Positions 46,624 to 54,262 of a stretch of DNA of 64,000 nt are shown here, in pieces. Each line of letters starts with the position of its first letter. Within the stretch, counting starts at the first letter, position 1. The translations under genes and the position numbers were made by a program. The notes beneath the pieces were generated by a model. That model was not told where the DNA came from and did no database searches. It worked only from the letters and a program-made list of their open reading frames with translations. The stretch lies in assembly GCA_030748575.1 (NCBI GenBank), contig JASMLR010000001.1, forward strand, positions 133,900-197,899, read 5' to 3'. The DNA is from Phycisphaerales bacterium. GTDB taxonomy: Bacteria; Planctomycetota; Phycisphaerae; Phycisphaerales; SM1A02.

Positions 46624-48250
46624 TTCGGTTCCCTCAATCCGTAGGGACCACCTGCTCGTCACAGCGACGCTTCTGATCGCATCGGCGTGGGCCTGGTGGC
46701 TCGTGCAGCCGGGCGGGCCGTTGTGCGGCGTTTTCGGGGTGGCAGTTCTCTGGCCCGCGCTGCTCGTGCGAGCGAGTATGCGAGCCGGCCGCGGGTGGCT
46801 CGCGGCGGTGCTGGCGTGGCTGGCGTTTCTCGGTCCGTGGGCCGTGTGCCTGGAGTGGGTGCGGCACGTGTCGGTCGCTGGGTACCCGGCGCTTGTCGCC
46901 TATTCGGCGGCGTGGCCTGCCGTATTCGTTGCGCTCATCCGGTGGATCGGAGCCGGATGGCCGCGGCTGCCGTGGAGCGTGCTTGCTGGCGTCACATGGG
47001 TGTCCCTGGAGTACCTGCGGGCCGAGGTCGTGTTCGATGCCTGGCCGTTTCATCTCGCCGGGCACTCTCAGTGGGGGGGGCCGGAAACGATGCTCGCGTC
47101 GGTTGGCGGCATCTGGCTGGTTGGCATGCTCGTCGTGTCAGCGGGCGGGGCCGTGGCCGGGATGGTGACGCGGCGGGTTGCGGCATGGCCTCGCGCGGTG
47201 GAGGCAGGCCTCCCGGTGCTGCTGATTCTTCTGGCCGCAGTGGTTTCGGCGCCCCGCCCCTCGGAGGCGCCGCCGCTCCGCGTGCTCGGCGTGCAGACCA
47301 ACCTGCCTCAGAGCAACAAGATCGGCTGGTCGGCCGAGCAGCAGGCCGAGGATGTTCCCGCGTTTCTTCGTCAGACGAAGGATGGGCTTGCAGCCGCTGA
47401 GGCTGATCTGGTCGTGTGGCCGGAGACCATGGTTCCGGGGCTCGGGTTCGAGCCGGCAACGCTGGCCCTGCTGCGGGACATCGGCTCGGCCGCAACACCC
47501 TGGTCACGTTGGCCGCGAGCCATCATGGCCGCGGCGACCCAGTCCGGCATTCCATGGATCGTCGGCACACCAACGTGGGTGGATGTCGACGTCGTGGACG
47601 GCATGCTTGAGCCCGGCGCGCGGTTCAACAGCGGCGTGCTGGTCGAACCCGGCGGGGCGACGTCCCGAGTCGACAAGGTGTTCCTGACGCCCTTCGGGGA
47701 GACCATGCCGTACGTTCGAGCCTGGCCCTGGCTTGAGGCGCTCGTGATGGACGTGGGGGCTTCCGGCATGCGTTTCAATCTGGACGCCGGGGCCGCGCCA
47801 TCCAGGCTGGTGCTTGAGTACGGCGACATCGGCGACTGGTGGCTCGCGGTTCCCATCTGCTTTGAGGACGCCGTGCCAAGCGTCACCCGGTCGATGTGCG
47901 TTCGGGACGGGCGCGTTGCAGCAGACGTCATTGTCAACATCAGCAACGACGGATGGTTTGGTGAATCAGATGCCGGCCGGGCAGCCCACGCCGCGGCGGC
48001 TGCATGGCGAGCGGTTGAGATGGGGCGTCCGATGCTGCGGGTCGCCAACACCGGCTACAGCGGGCTGTATCTGCCGGATGGGTCCACGCGGCAGCAGACG
48101 CAGGCCCGCGTCCAGGCGACCGACCTGTTCGTCATCCCTCGATACGGAGGACGAACCTTGCAGGCGTGGTGGGGGAACTGGGTGCCCCGCCTGTGCCTGC
48201 TTGCATTGTTCGCGGGCATCGTGATGCGGTGGCGGTCAGGCCGGACGTGA
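46610..48250 (+). CDS. lnt: apolipoprotein N-acyltransferase
   Basis: A multi-TM N-terminal half is followed by a CN-hydrolase domain (LVVWPETMVP, AVPICFEDA). The start is uncertain (ATG 46610 overlaps the accD end by 14 nt). Confidence 0.8.
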   Translation: MPESSSVPSIRRDHLLVTATLLIASAWAWWLVQPGGPLCGVFGVAVLWPALLVRASMRAGRGWLAAVLAWLAFLGPWAVCLEWVRHVSVAGYPALVAYSAAWPAVFVALIRWIGAGWPRLPWSVLAGVTWVSLEYLRAEVVFDAWPFHLAGHSQWGGPETMLASVGGIWLVGMLVVSAGGAVAGMVTRRVAAWPRAVEAGLPVLLILLAAVVSAPRPSEAPPLRVLGVQTNLPQSNKIGWSAEQQAEDVPAFLRQTKDGLAAAEADLVVWPETMVPGLGFEPATLALLRDIGSAATPWSRWPRAIMAAATQSGIPWIVGTPTWVDVDVVDGMLEPGARFNSGVLVEPGGATSRVDKVFLTPFGETMPYVRAWPWLEALVMDVGASGMRFNLDAGAAPSRLVLEYGDIGDWWLAVPICFEDAVPSVTRSMCVRDGRVAADVIVNISNDGWFGESDAGRAAHAAAAAWRAVEMGRPMLRVANTGYSGLYLPDGSTRQQTQARVQATDLFVIPRYGGRTLQAWWGNWVPRLCLLALFAGIVMRWRSGRT

Positions 48251-48252
48251 CT

Positions 48253-49272
48253 ATGATCCGGTCCATGTGGTTGAAGATCGCAGCACTCGCCGTCGTGTTG
48301 GCAGCCGTTGTCGGATGCGCCGCGACGCCCTCGCCGCACGCCTCGCCCCACTCCGGGGCCTCCGGCGGGCCGGTGGGGGCGGCCGTTTCGGTGCTGACGA
48401 CCGAGAGCCGCTCGTCGATGCCCTTGGTCCGCGCCAACGCCATCGAGATGCTCGAGCCCGCCGTGGAACCCCTGCGGGCGGCGGTGCAGCGTGGTCTGGT
48501 GGACCCCAACCCAGGGGTTCGGTTCACCGCTGCGATGGCACTGGGCCGCCAGAGACTCTGTGGCATCGCCGACCTGGCTCGGCCGCTTCTTGACGATCCT
48601 TCGGCGAGTGTGCGGGCGGCCGCGATCTTCGCCCTGGCTCGGTGCGGCGACCGTGTCGATCAGTCTCCTCTGGCCGACATGGTGCTGAGTTCCAACCGCG
48701 AGGCCCGCGCCAATGCCGCCATGGTGCTTGGGGCGTTGGGCAACCCTTCTGCGAAGGATCTGCTCCGTGAGGCCATGCGACGCCCCCTCCCGGTGGAGAA
48801 TCCCGAGGTCGTTCGGGCGTCAGAACTCGGGCTGTCGGAGGCGTTGGTGCAGTTGGGCGACCGAAGGCAGTTGGAGACGATTCGGGCCGCGTTTTTCGCC
48901 CCTGCCTCGCAGGCCGAATTGACGGCTCTGGCCTCACAGATGGCCGGAAGGTTGGGGGACCGCACGCTGGTGCCGGCTCTGGCGGCCCTTGCGATGGCCG
49001 AGGGGCCACGGCAGGCCGGCCCGGAGTTGCGGCTCATCGCTGCCGAGGCCCTCGGGCGGATGGACCGCGAGATGGTGCTGCCCGGTCTGGCCATCGCCTA
49101 TGCCGGGGACGACCTGCCGCAGGTGCGCATGCAGGCCGCGGCCGTACTCGCTTGGGATAACTCCCCGAAGGGCCAACGCACGCTGGAGCGGCTGCTGCAG
49201 GACCCTCAGGCCCGCGTACGGGTGGCGGCGGCGGGAGCGTTGCTGCGGCGAGGTGCGGCTACGAGCAACTGA
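48253..49272 (+). CDS. HEAT/PBS-lyase-repeat lipoprotein
   Basis: It has the lipobox LAAVVGC after a signal helix. HEAT-like units recur (VRFTAAMALGR, VRAAAIFALARCGD, ARANAAMVLGALGNP, LRLIAAEALGR, VRMQAAAVLA, VRVAAAGALL). Confidence 0.7.
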   Translation: MIRSMWLKIAALAVVLAAVVGCAATPSPHASPHSGASGGPVGAAVSVLTTESRSSMPLVRANAIEMLEPAVEPLRAAVQRGLVDPNPGVRFTAAMALGRQRLCGIADLARPLLDDPSASVRAAAIFALARCGDRVDQSPLADMVLSSNREARANAAMVLGALGNPSAKDLLREAMRRPLPVENPEVVRASELGLSEALVQLGDRRQLETIRAAFFAPASQAELTALASQMAGRLGDRTLVPALAALAMAEGPRQAGPELRLIAAEALGRMDREMVLPGLAIAYAGDDLPQVRMQAAAVLAWDNSPKGQRTLERLLQDPQARVRVAAAGALLRRGAATSN

Positions 49273-49286
49273 GGGACGCCGTAGAA

Positions 49287-49315
49287 TTGACACTGTGTGT
49301 CTGAGAACGTACAAA
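49287..49315 (+). promoter_or_regulatory. candidate sigma70-like promoter (TTGACA-N17-TACAAA) of the coiled-coil/mre operon
   Basis: TTGACA lies at 49287-49292, then a 17-nt spacer, then TACAAA at 49310-49315, about 57 nt upstream of GTG 49373. Confidence 0.5.
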
Positions 49316-49372
49316 ACGGGCTTCCCAAGGCCCCATGTCCCCTTTTGGGGGGGCCATGTCGAGAGGTAGACC

Positions 49373-50263
49373 GTGCATATCCTGACCAAGATTTTCGTGG
49401 TACTTGTGTCGCTTCTGGCGGTGTTCATGGTTCCGCTTGTCGTCGTCTCGACGATGAATCAGGAGCACTGGCGTCGCGACGCGTTGGACATGCAGACGCA
49501 GGTTGCCGCGATGCGTGGCCAGCAACGCGCTGAGCAACAGTCCTACGTCGCTCGTGAAGCGCAGATGAAGGAACAACTGGACGCGTACAGTCAGAAGCAA
49601 CAGGCGATGATCGCTGAGCTTGAGTCCTGCAGGGCGTCGCGGAACGAGTCCGAAGCGAGGCTGGTGACGGCTGAGTCCCGGATTGCAAGTCAGGACGGTG
49701 TGCAGCGGACTTTGGCGCAGGGCGTCAAGACGGCTGAAGAACTCAACCGAAAGTTGGTCGCGGATCTGGAGACGCTTCGGTCCACGGCGCTTGCGGCCGA
49801 GCGTCGCCGCGTTGAACTCGCTGAACGCGTCGCCGAACTCGACAGCGAACTTCAGGTGGCGGAGGCCGTGCAGCGTGCACTTCGCGAAGAGAATGCCCGC
49901 TTCAAGCGTGACCAGCGTGCGATGGAGGCCACCATCAGCGAGTACGCAGCCCGATACGGGGCGGTCGAGGGCGACGTCCTCGCCGCTGACGAAGGCATCG
50001 CCCCTGACCGAAATCTGGAGGCGACGGTTCTCGACGTGGCCCGCTCTCCCGAGCGGACGCTCGTGGAAATCGACGCCGGCTCCCGAGACGGCGTGCAGAC
50101 CGGCTGGGAGATGACGGTCGGCGACGGTGGGACCTTTATCGGTCGGCTGCGGATCATTCAGGTCGACCTGAATCGGGCCACAGGCATCCTGACGCTTGAG
50201 AACGCGACCCGTGGTCTGGCCAAGAGCGGTCAGCGGGCCTACGCCCTGGCGGGACACCACTGA
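49373..50263 (+). CDS. membrane-anchored long coiled-coil protein with a C-terminal beta-rich domain (MreC-like topology)
   Basis: The GTG start has GAGAGG upstream. There is an N-terminal TM (ILTKIFVVLVSLLAVFMVPLVVV), about 180 aa of Q/E/A/R/L-rich heptad-like sequence, and the C-terminus ATVLDV...LVEIDAGSRDGVQTGWEMTV...FIGRLRIIQVDLNRATGIL. Confidence 0.6.
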   Translation: MHILTKIFVVLVSLLAVFMVPLVVVSTMNQEHWRRDALDMQTQVAAMRGQQRAEQQSYVAREAQMKEQLDAYSQKQQAMIAELESCRASRNESEARLVTAESRIASQDGVQRTLAQGVKTAEELNRKLVADLETLRSTALAAERRRVELAERVAELDSELQVAEAVQRALREENARFKRDQRAMEATISEYAARYGAVEGDVLAADEGIAPDRNLEATVLDVARSPERTLVEIDAGSRDGVQTGWEMTVGDGGTFIGRLRIIQVDLNRATGILTLENATRGLAKSGQRAYALAGHH

Positions 50264-50266
50264 GCC

Positions 50267-50446
50267 ATGAGTCGATTCGCCACCACAGCGGCCGCCAAGC
50301 CCACCCCCGACGTATTCACTGCAATCGCCGGAATTGCAGTGCTCCTGATGATTCTCGGAGCCTTGTGGCTCGTCATGCACAACCTCGAGTCATCGAGCAG
50401 CGGCGAGGACCGAGGCGACGGCGGCATCTTCAAGATTCTGGACTGA
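50267..50446 (+). CDS. candidate 59-aa single-pass membrane peptide (below the 60-aa ORF-track cutoff)
   Basis: ATG 50267 lies 3 nt after the upstream stop, and the stop is TGA 50444-50446. My translation is MSRFATTAAAKPTPDVFTAIAGIAVLLMILGALWLVMHNLESSSSGEDRGDGGIFKILD. It has one clear TM helix and G/C-ending codons like neighbouring genes. Confidence 0.45.
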   Translation: MSRFATTAAAKPTPDVFTAIAGIAVLLMILGALWLVMHNLESSSSGEDRGDGGIFKILD

Positions 50447-50478
50447 CGGGCCTCGTCTCTCTGACCACCACTCCCGAC

Positions 50479-50484
50479 TATGAT
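50479..50484 (+). promoter_or_regulatory. -10-like TATGAT upstream of mreB (possible internal promoter)
   Basis: TATGAT lies 33 nt before GTG 50518, with GGAGGG (50502-50507) as the SD. Confidence 0.3.
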
Positions 50485-50517
50485 GCCCCGGCATCTGGTG
50501 CGGAGGGCTTTTGAATC

Positions 50518-51567
50518 GTGCTTGACCGACTTCTCGGCTGGTTCAGCGTCGACATGGGGATCGACCTCGGAACCTGTAATACGCTCGTGGCCGTTCGCGG
50601 CGAAGGCATTCTCTTGAATGAGCCTTCCGTCGTGGCCGTCCGCAAGGGCACCAATCGAGTCCTCAACAACGGCAATGCTGTCGGGTGGCAGGCCAAGGAG
50701 ATGCTGGGCAAGACGCCCGGATCGATCAGCGCTATCAGGCCGCTCAAGGACGGCGTGATCAGCGACTTTGAGATCACCGAGGCCATGCTGTCCTACTTCA
50801 TCCGCAAGGCCACGGGCCGCGCGCGGGTCATCAGTCCCCGCGTGGTGATTGCGGTGCCGAGCGGTATCACTGCTGTTGAGAAGCGTGCGGTTCTGGACTC
50901 TGCCGAGCGTGCTGGAGCGCGGCGGGTGTATCTCGTGGAAGAGCCCATGGCCGCCGGTATCGGAGCCGGGCTTCCCATTGCGGAACCTACCGCGAGCATG
51001 GTGGTCGACATTGGTGGCGGAACGACAGAGGTCGCGATCATGTCGCTCGCTGACATTGCGACCTGCGAGTCGGTGCGAGTGGCAGGCGACGACTTCGACG
51101 AAGCGATCATCCACCACATGAAGAAGACGTACAACCTCACCATTGGCGAGCAGACGGCTGAGCGGATCAAGATGGAGATCGGTTCCGCTGCTCGTGTTGG
51201 CGAGGACTCGACGCTCGAAGTCCGGGGCCGGGACAACCTGACCGGCCTTCCACGCAAGACCGAGGTCACAAGCGAAGAAATCCGGGAAGCCCTCCAAGAG
51301 CCGATTCGGTCGATCATTGACGCGGTCAAGCGGACGCTTGAACGGGCGGAGCCGGAACTTGCCGCGGACCTCGTCGACAACGGAATCTGCCTGGTCGGGG
51401 GCGGCGCCTTGCTGAAAGGGCTGGATGTCGTCATCAATCAGGAGACCGGCCTGGATGTCACCGTCGCTGAAGATCCGCTGACCTGCGTCGCACGCGGCAC
51501 CAGCATCTACCTTGAGAATCTCGAGGACTGGAAGGCGACGATGGAGTCCGACGTCGACGACCTGTGA
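50518..51567 (+). CDS. mreB: rod shape-determining actin homologue MreB
   Basis: The GTG start gives FSVDMGIDLGTCNTLVAV. Other motifs are DIGGGTTEVA and the actin-fold phosphate and adenosine motifs. Confidence 0.95.
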   Translation: MLDRLLGWFSVDMGIDLGTCNTLVAVRGEGILLNEPSVVAVRKGTNRVLNNGNAVGWQAKEMLGKTPGSISAIRPLKDGVISDFEITEAMLSYFIRKATGRARVISPRVVIAVPSGITAVEKRAVLDSAERAGARRVYLVEEPMAAGIGAGLPIAEPTASMVVDIGGGTTEVAIMSLADIATCESVRVAGDDFDEAIIHHMKKTYNLTIGEQTAERIKMEIGSAARVGEDSTLEVRGRDNLTGLPRKTEVTSEEIREALQEPIRSIIDAVKRTLERAEPELAADLVDNGICLVGGGALLKGLDVVINQETGLDVTVAEDPLTCVARGTSIYLENLEDWKATMESDVDDL

Positions 51568-51607
51568 ACCGCCGCGGCCGAGCATGTGACATGGCTGTGG
51601 GGGCGGC

Positions 51608-52465
51608 ATGACGGGCCGAGCGGGTGGTGGCTTTCTCCTTGTGCTCGCCCTGACCGTCGGATCGTCGGTGGCTCCGGCATCATGGATTTCATGGACCGGC
51701 GATGTCGCCGATGTCGTGCGGGCCCCGATCATGCCGATCTCGCGCATCGGCGTATCGGTCGCGTCGTGGCTCCGCCCTCCGAGGGATGTGACCGGCAGAC
51801 CGGTCGACGAGATGGAAATCGATCAGTTGCGGCGCGACCGTGACCGCTTCGAGCAGATGTGGCAGGCCCAGCGGGTTCGCGCCGATGACCTGGCAAGGCG
51901 GCTGCGGCAACTCGAAGGCCTGCCTGAAGACGCCCTGCGATCTCCACACCGCCCCCTGGTTGTCGAGGCTGAGGTGACGGGGCGGTCACCTGCCGATCCC
52001 CGCTCGCCGATCGAACTCCGGATGCCCAGAGAGGGCGGTGAGCGGCTTGAGGTGGGCGACATTGCGGTATGGAACGGGCACCGCGTCCTGGGCCGGCTCA
52101 GTCATGTCGCGCCGCTTCGGCTCATGGTGCTGCCGATCTCAAATCCTGAGAGCGGTCCCATTGAGGTCGTATCGGCATCGGCATCTGGCGAGCGTCTGCC
52201 CCGCATGCTGCTGCGGCAGGAAGGCCGTGGCATGCTTGTTGCCGATGTGGACAAGCGTTTCGCCCTGGAGCCGGGCACCCGCCTGCTGCTCGCGGATGCT
52301 CGGTGGCCGGCGTGGGCGTACGGGATGGAAGTCGCCGTTGTCGAGTCGATCCACCCACTCGATGAGGCACCACTCAGGCAACGTGTCACCGCCCGACCTG
52401 CCGTGGACGGGCCAGCCGTGGCCCGTGTGGTCGTGTTGTCCGCAGACCCGGAGGCATTGCCATGA
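51608..52465 (+). CDS. mreC: rod shape-determining protein MreC
   Basis: It has an N-terminal TM, a short coiled coil (IDQLRRDRDRFEQMWQAQRVRADDLARRLRQLE) and a C-terminal beta domain. It lies between mreB and mreD. Confidence 0.7.
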   Translation: MTGRAGGGFLLVLALTVGSSVAPASWISWTGDVADVVRAPIMPISRIGVSVASWLRPPRDVTGRPVDEMEIDQLRRDRDRFEQMWQAQRVRADDLARRLRQLEGLPEDALRSPHRPLVVEAEVTGRSPADPRSPIELRMPREGGERLEVGDIAVWNGHRVLGRLSHVAPLRLMVLPISNPESGPIEVVSASASGERLPRMLLRQEGRGMLVADVDKRFALEPGTRLLLADARWPAWAYGMEVAVVESIHPLDEAPLRQRVTARPAVDGPAVARVVVLSADPEALP

Positions 52466-53043
52466 GATGGTGGGTGCTTCTTGTGCTGGCGATCATCGCC
52501 GTTGGTCTGGACTCGGGACTGATGGGCGTGTTCACGCTGCGAGGCCTCGGGCATGCGACGCCGTCCGCCTCGGCATGCCTGATCACCTTTGTAGCGCTGC
52601 AGGCTCGCCCGAGGGCCGCGCTCTGGGCGGCCTGGGTGATTGGATGCATGCTCGATCTGTCTCCGAGCAGCGGAGGTGGTGTTGGAACGGTTGCCATCGT
52701 TGGGCCAAACGCGCTCGGCGCCGTGGCGGCCACTCAAGTGGTGCTGCTGCTGAGGCCCGTGGTGTTCAGGCGTCGGGTGATCACCATGGCCGTGGTGTCG
52801 GGGCTCGCCGCGATCTGCCTGGGCCTTGGAGCTGCGACGGTCGAGACCGTGCGGTGGTGGATGCCCTGGACCCATGCCTTGGCGCCGCCGCCGGCGGGAC
52901 CGCAAGTGGTGACGATTGGATTCAGCGGTCTGTACACGATGCTCGTCGGTCTTCCGATCGGTGCCATGCTGCTTGGCACCAGCCGCTTCTGGCGGTTCGA
53001 CGCGCCCGCAGGGCAGCTTGATTATGCTGGGGCCCGACGTTGA
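52462..53043 (+). CDS. mreD: rod shape-determining protein MreD
   Basis: Its ATG overlaps the mreC stop (ATGA). It is a polytopic, 193-aa protein, with N-terminus WWVLLVLAIIAVGLDSGL and the segment AAWVIGCMLDL. Confidence 0.65.
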   Translation: MRWWVLLVLAIIAVGLDSGLMGVFTLRGLGHATPSASACLITFVALQARPRAALWAAWVIGCMLDLSPSSGGGVGTVAIVGPNALGAVAATQVVLLLRPVVFRRRVITMAVVSGLAAICLGLGAATVETVRWWMPWTHALAPPPAGPQVVTIGFSGLYTMLVGLPIGAMLLGTSRFWRFDAPAGQLDYAGARR

Positions 53044-53080
53044 AGCCATTGCACCATCTGGTTCGAGCGAGGGAACGCGC

Positions 53081-54262
53081 ATGTCGGGTCTTCTGATCTT
53101 CGATGATGATCGCGGCCACTTCGGCCCGCTGACCGAAATGCGTTCCGCGATCTCGCTGCGTACCGGTGCCGTTACCAATCTGGAACGCATCGAGCGCACG
53201 CTGGGCCGCTTTGCGACCGGGTTTGTCGTGCCGGACGCCATTGCTGGCCCGCTCAAGGCCCGCGTACGCGTTCCAGTCAATACGCCGAGCCAAATGGAGT
53301 CGCTGTGCGTCAATGGAAGATGGTGGGGCGTCGATGAACTTCCCGACCTGTCTGTCGGGCAGGCAGCCATGGTGGGCGGCGACATTCTGGCCGTCAGGCT
53401 GGCAGCTGCGGACGCGGACGAGTTTGCCGCCACCTGCACCACGCCGGATGGCCTGGAGCGTGTGGACGTCGATGCGACGCTCTACAGTCGCCCCTGGGAC
53501 ATCCTCACGCACCTGCCCGAGGCCCTTGCCGTCGATCTGGCATGTGCCGGCCTCCCGTCGCCCAGCGTTGAGCCTGCGGAACTGGTGGGTGAGCACCCGG
53601 CGCACCTGGACGAGTCAGCAGCCATCTTTCCGGGCGTCGTTCTGGATACCACCGCCGGTCCGATCGTCGTTGAAGCGGGCGCGGTGGTTCGGCCACAGGC
53701 GGTACTCTGCGGGCCGTGCTGGGTGGGACGCGATTCGACGATCATCGACGGGGCCGTCATTCGCGCCAACACGGTCGTTGGACCGGGCTGCAAGGTCGGT
53801 GGCGAGGTGGGGGCGAGCATTCTGCAAGGGTGGTCCAACAAGGCGCACGACGGCTACCTCGGTGACAGCATCGTGGGGCAATGGGTCAATCTCGGCGCCG
53901 GCACGACGACATCGAACCTGCTCAACACGTACGGAGAGATTTCGGTGCGTGTAACGCCCGATGCGCCGCGAGAGCGGACGGGGCGGGCGTACTGTGGGTC
54001 GTTCATCGGGGATCATGTCAAGACGGCCATCGGGACGCTTCTCATGACGGGCTCGTCGATTGGAACGGGATCCATGATCGCGTCGACGGGCCACGCGCCG
54101 ACGACGCTCGGCCCGCTTCGGTGGGTGACCGATGCAGGAGAAAAGCCATTCCGCATCGAACGGTTCCTGGACACGGCCCGCACCATGATGGCGCGTCGCG
54201 ACCGGGAACTTGAGCCTGAGGACGAAGCCAGACTTCGATATCTCGCCGGCACGACGCCATGA
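53081..54262 (+). CDS. GlmU-family-like putative sugar nucleotidyltransferase with a left-handed beta-helix (hexapeptide) domain
   Basis: The N-terminus is LLIFDDDRGHFGPLTEMRSAISLRTGAVTNLERI. Hexapeptide repeats follow (IIDGAVIRANTVVGPGCKVGGEVGASIL...YLGDSIVGQWVNLGAGTTTSN). Confidence 0.7.
   Translation: MSGLLIFDDDRGHFGPLTEMRSAISLRTGAVTNLERIERTLGRFATGFVVPDAIAGPLKARVRVPVNTPSQMESLCVNGRWWGVDELPDLSVGQAAMVGGDILAVRLAAADADEFAATCTTPDGLERVDVDATLYSRPWDILTHLPEALAVDLACAGLPSPSVEPAELVGEHPAHLDESAAIFPGVVLDTTAGPIVVEAGAVVRPQAVLCGPCWVGRDSTIIDGAVIRANTVVGPGCKVGGEVGASILQGWSNKAHDGYLGDSIVGQWVNLGAGTTTSNLLNTYGEISVRVTPDAPRERTGRAYCGSFIGDHVKTAIGTLLMTGSSIGTGSMIASTGHAPTTLGPLRWVTDAGEKPFRIERFLDTARTMMARRDRELEPEDEARLRYLAGTTP

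Noticed and set aside
50239-53442. 502-aa and 446-aa minus-strand ORFs under mreB, mreC, mreD and the GlmU-like gene
   Set aside because: Both are antisense to genes with strong family motifs, for example the MreB actin-fold motifs. Their composition is low-complexity Arg/Pro/Ser/Gly.
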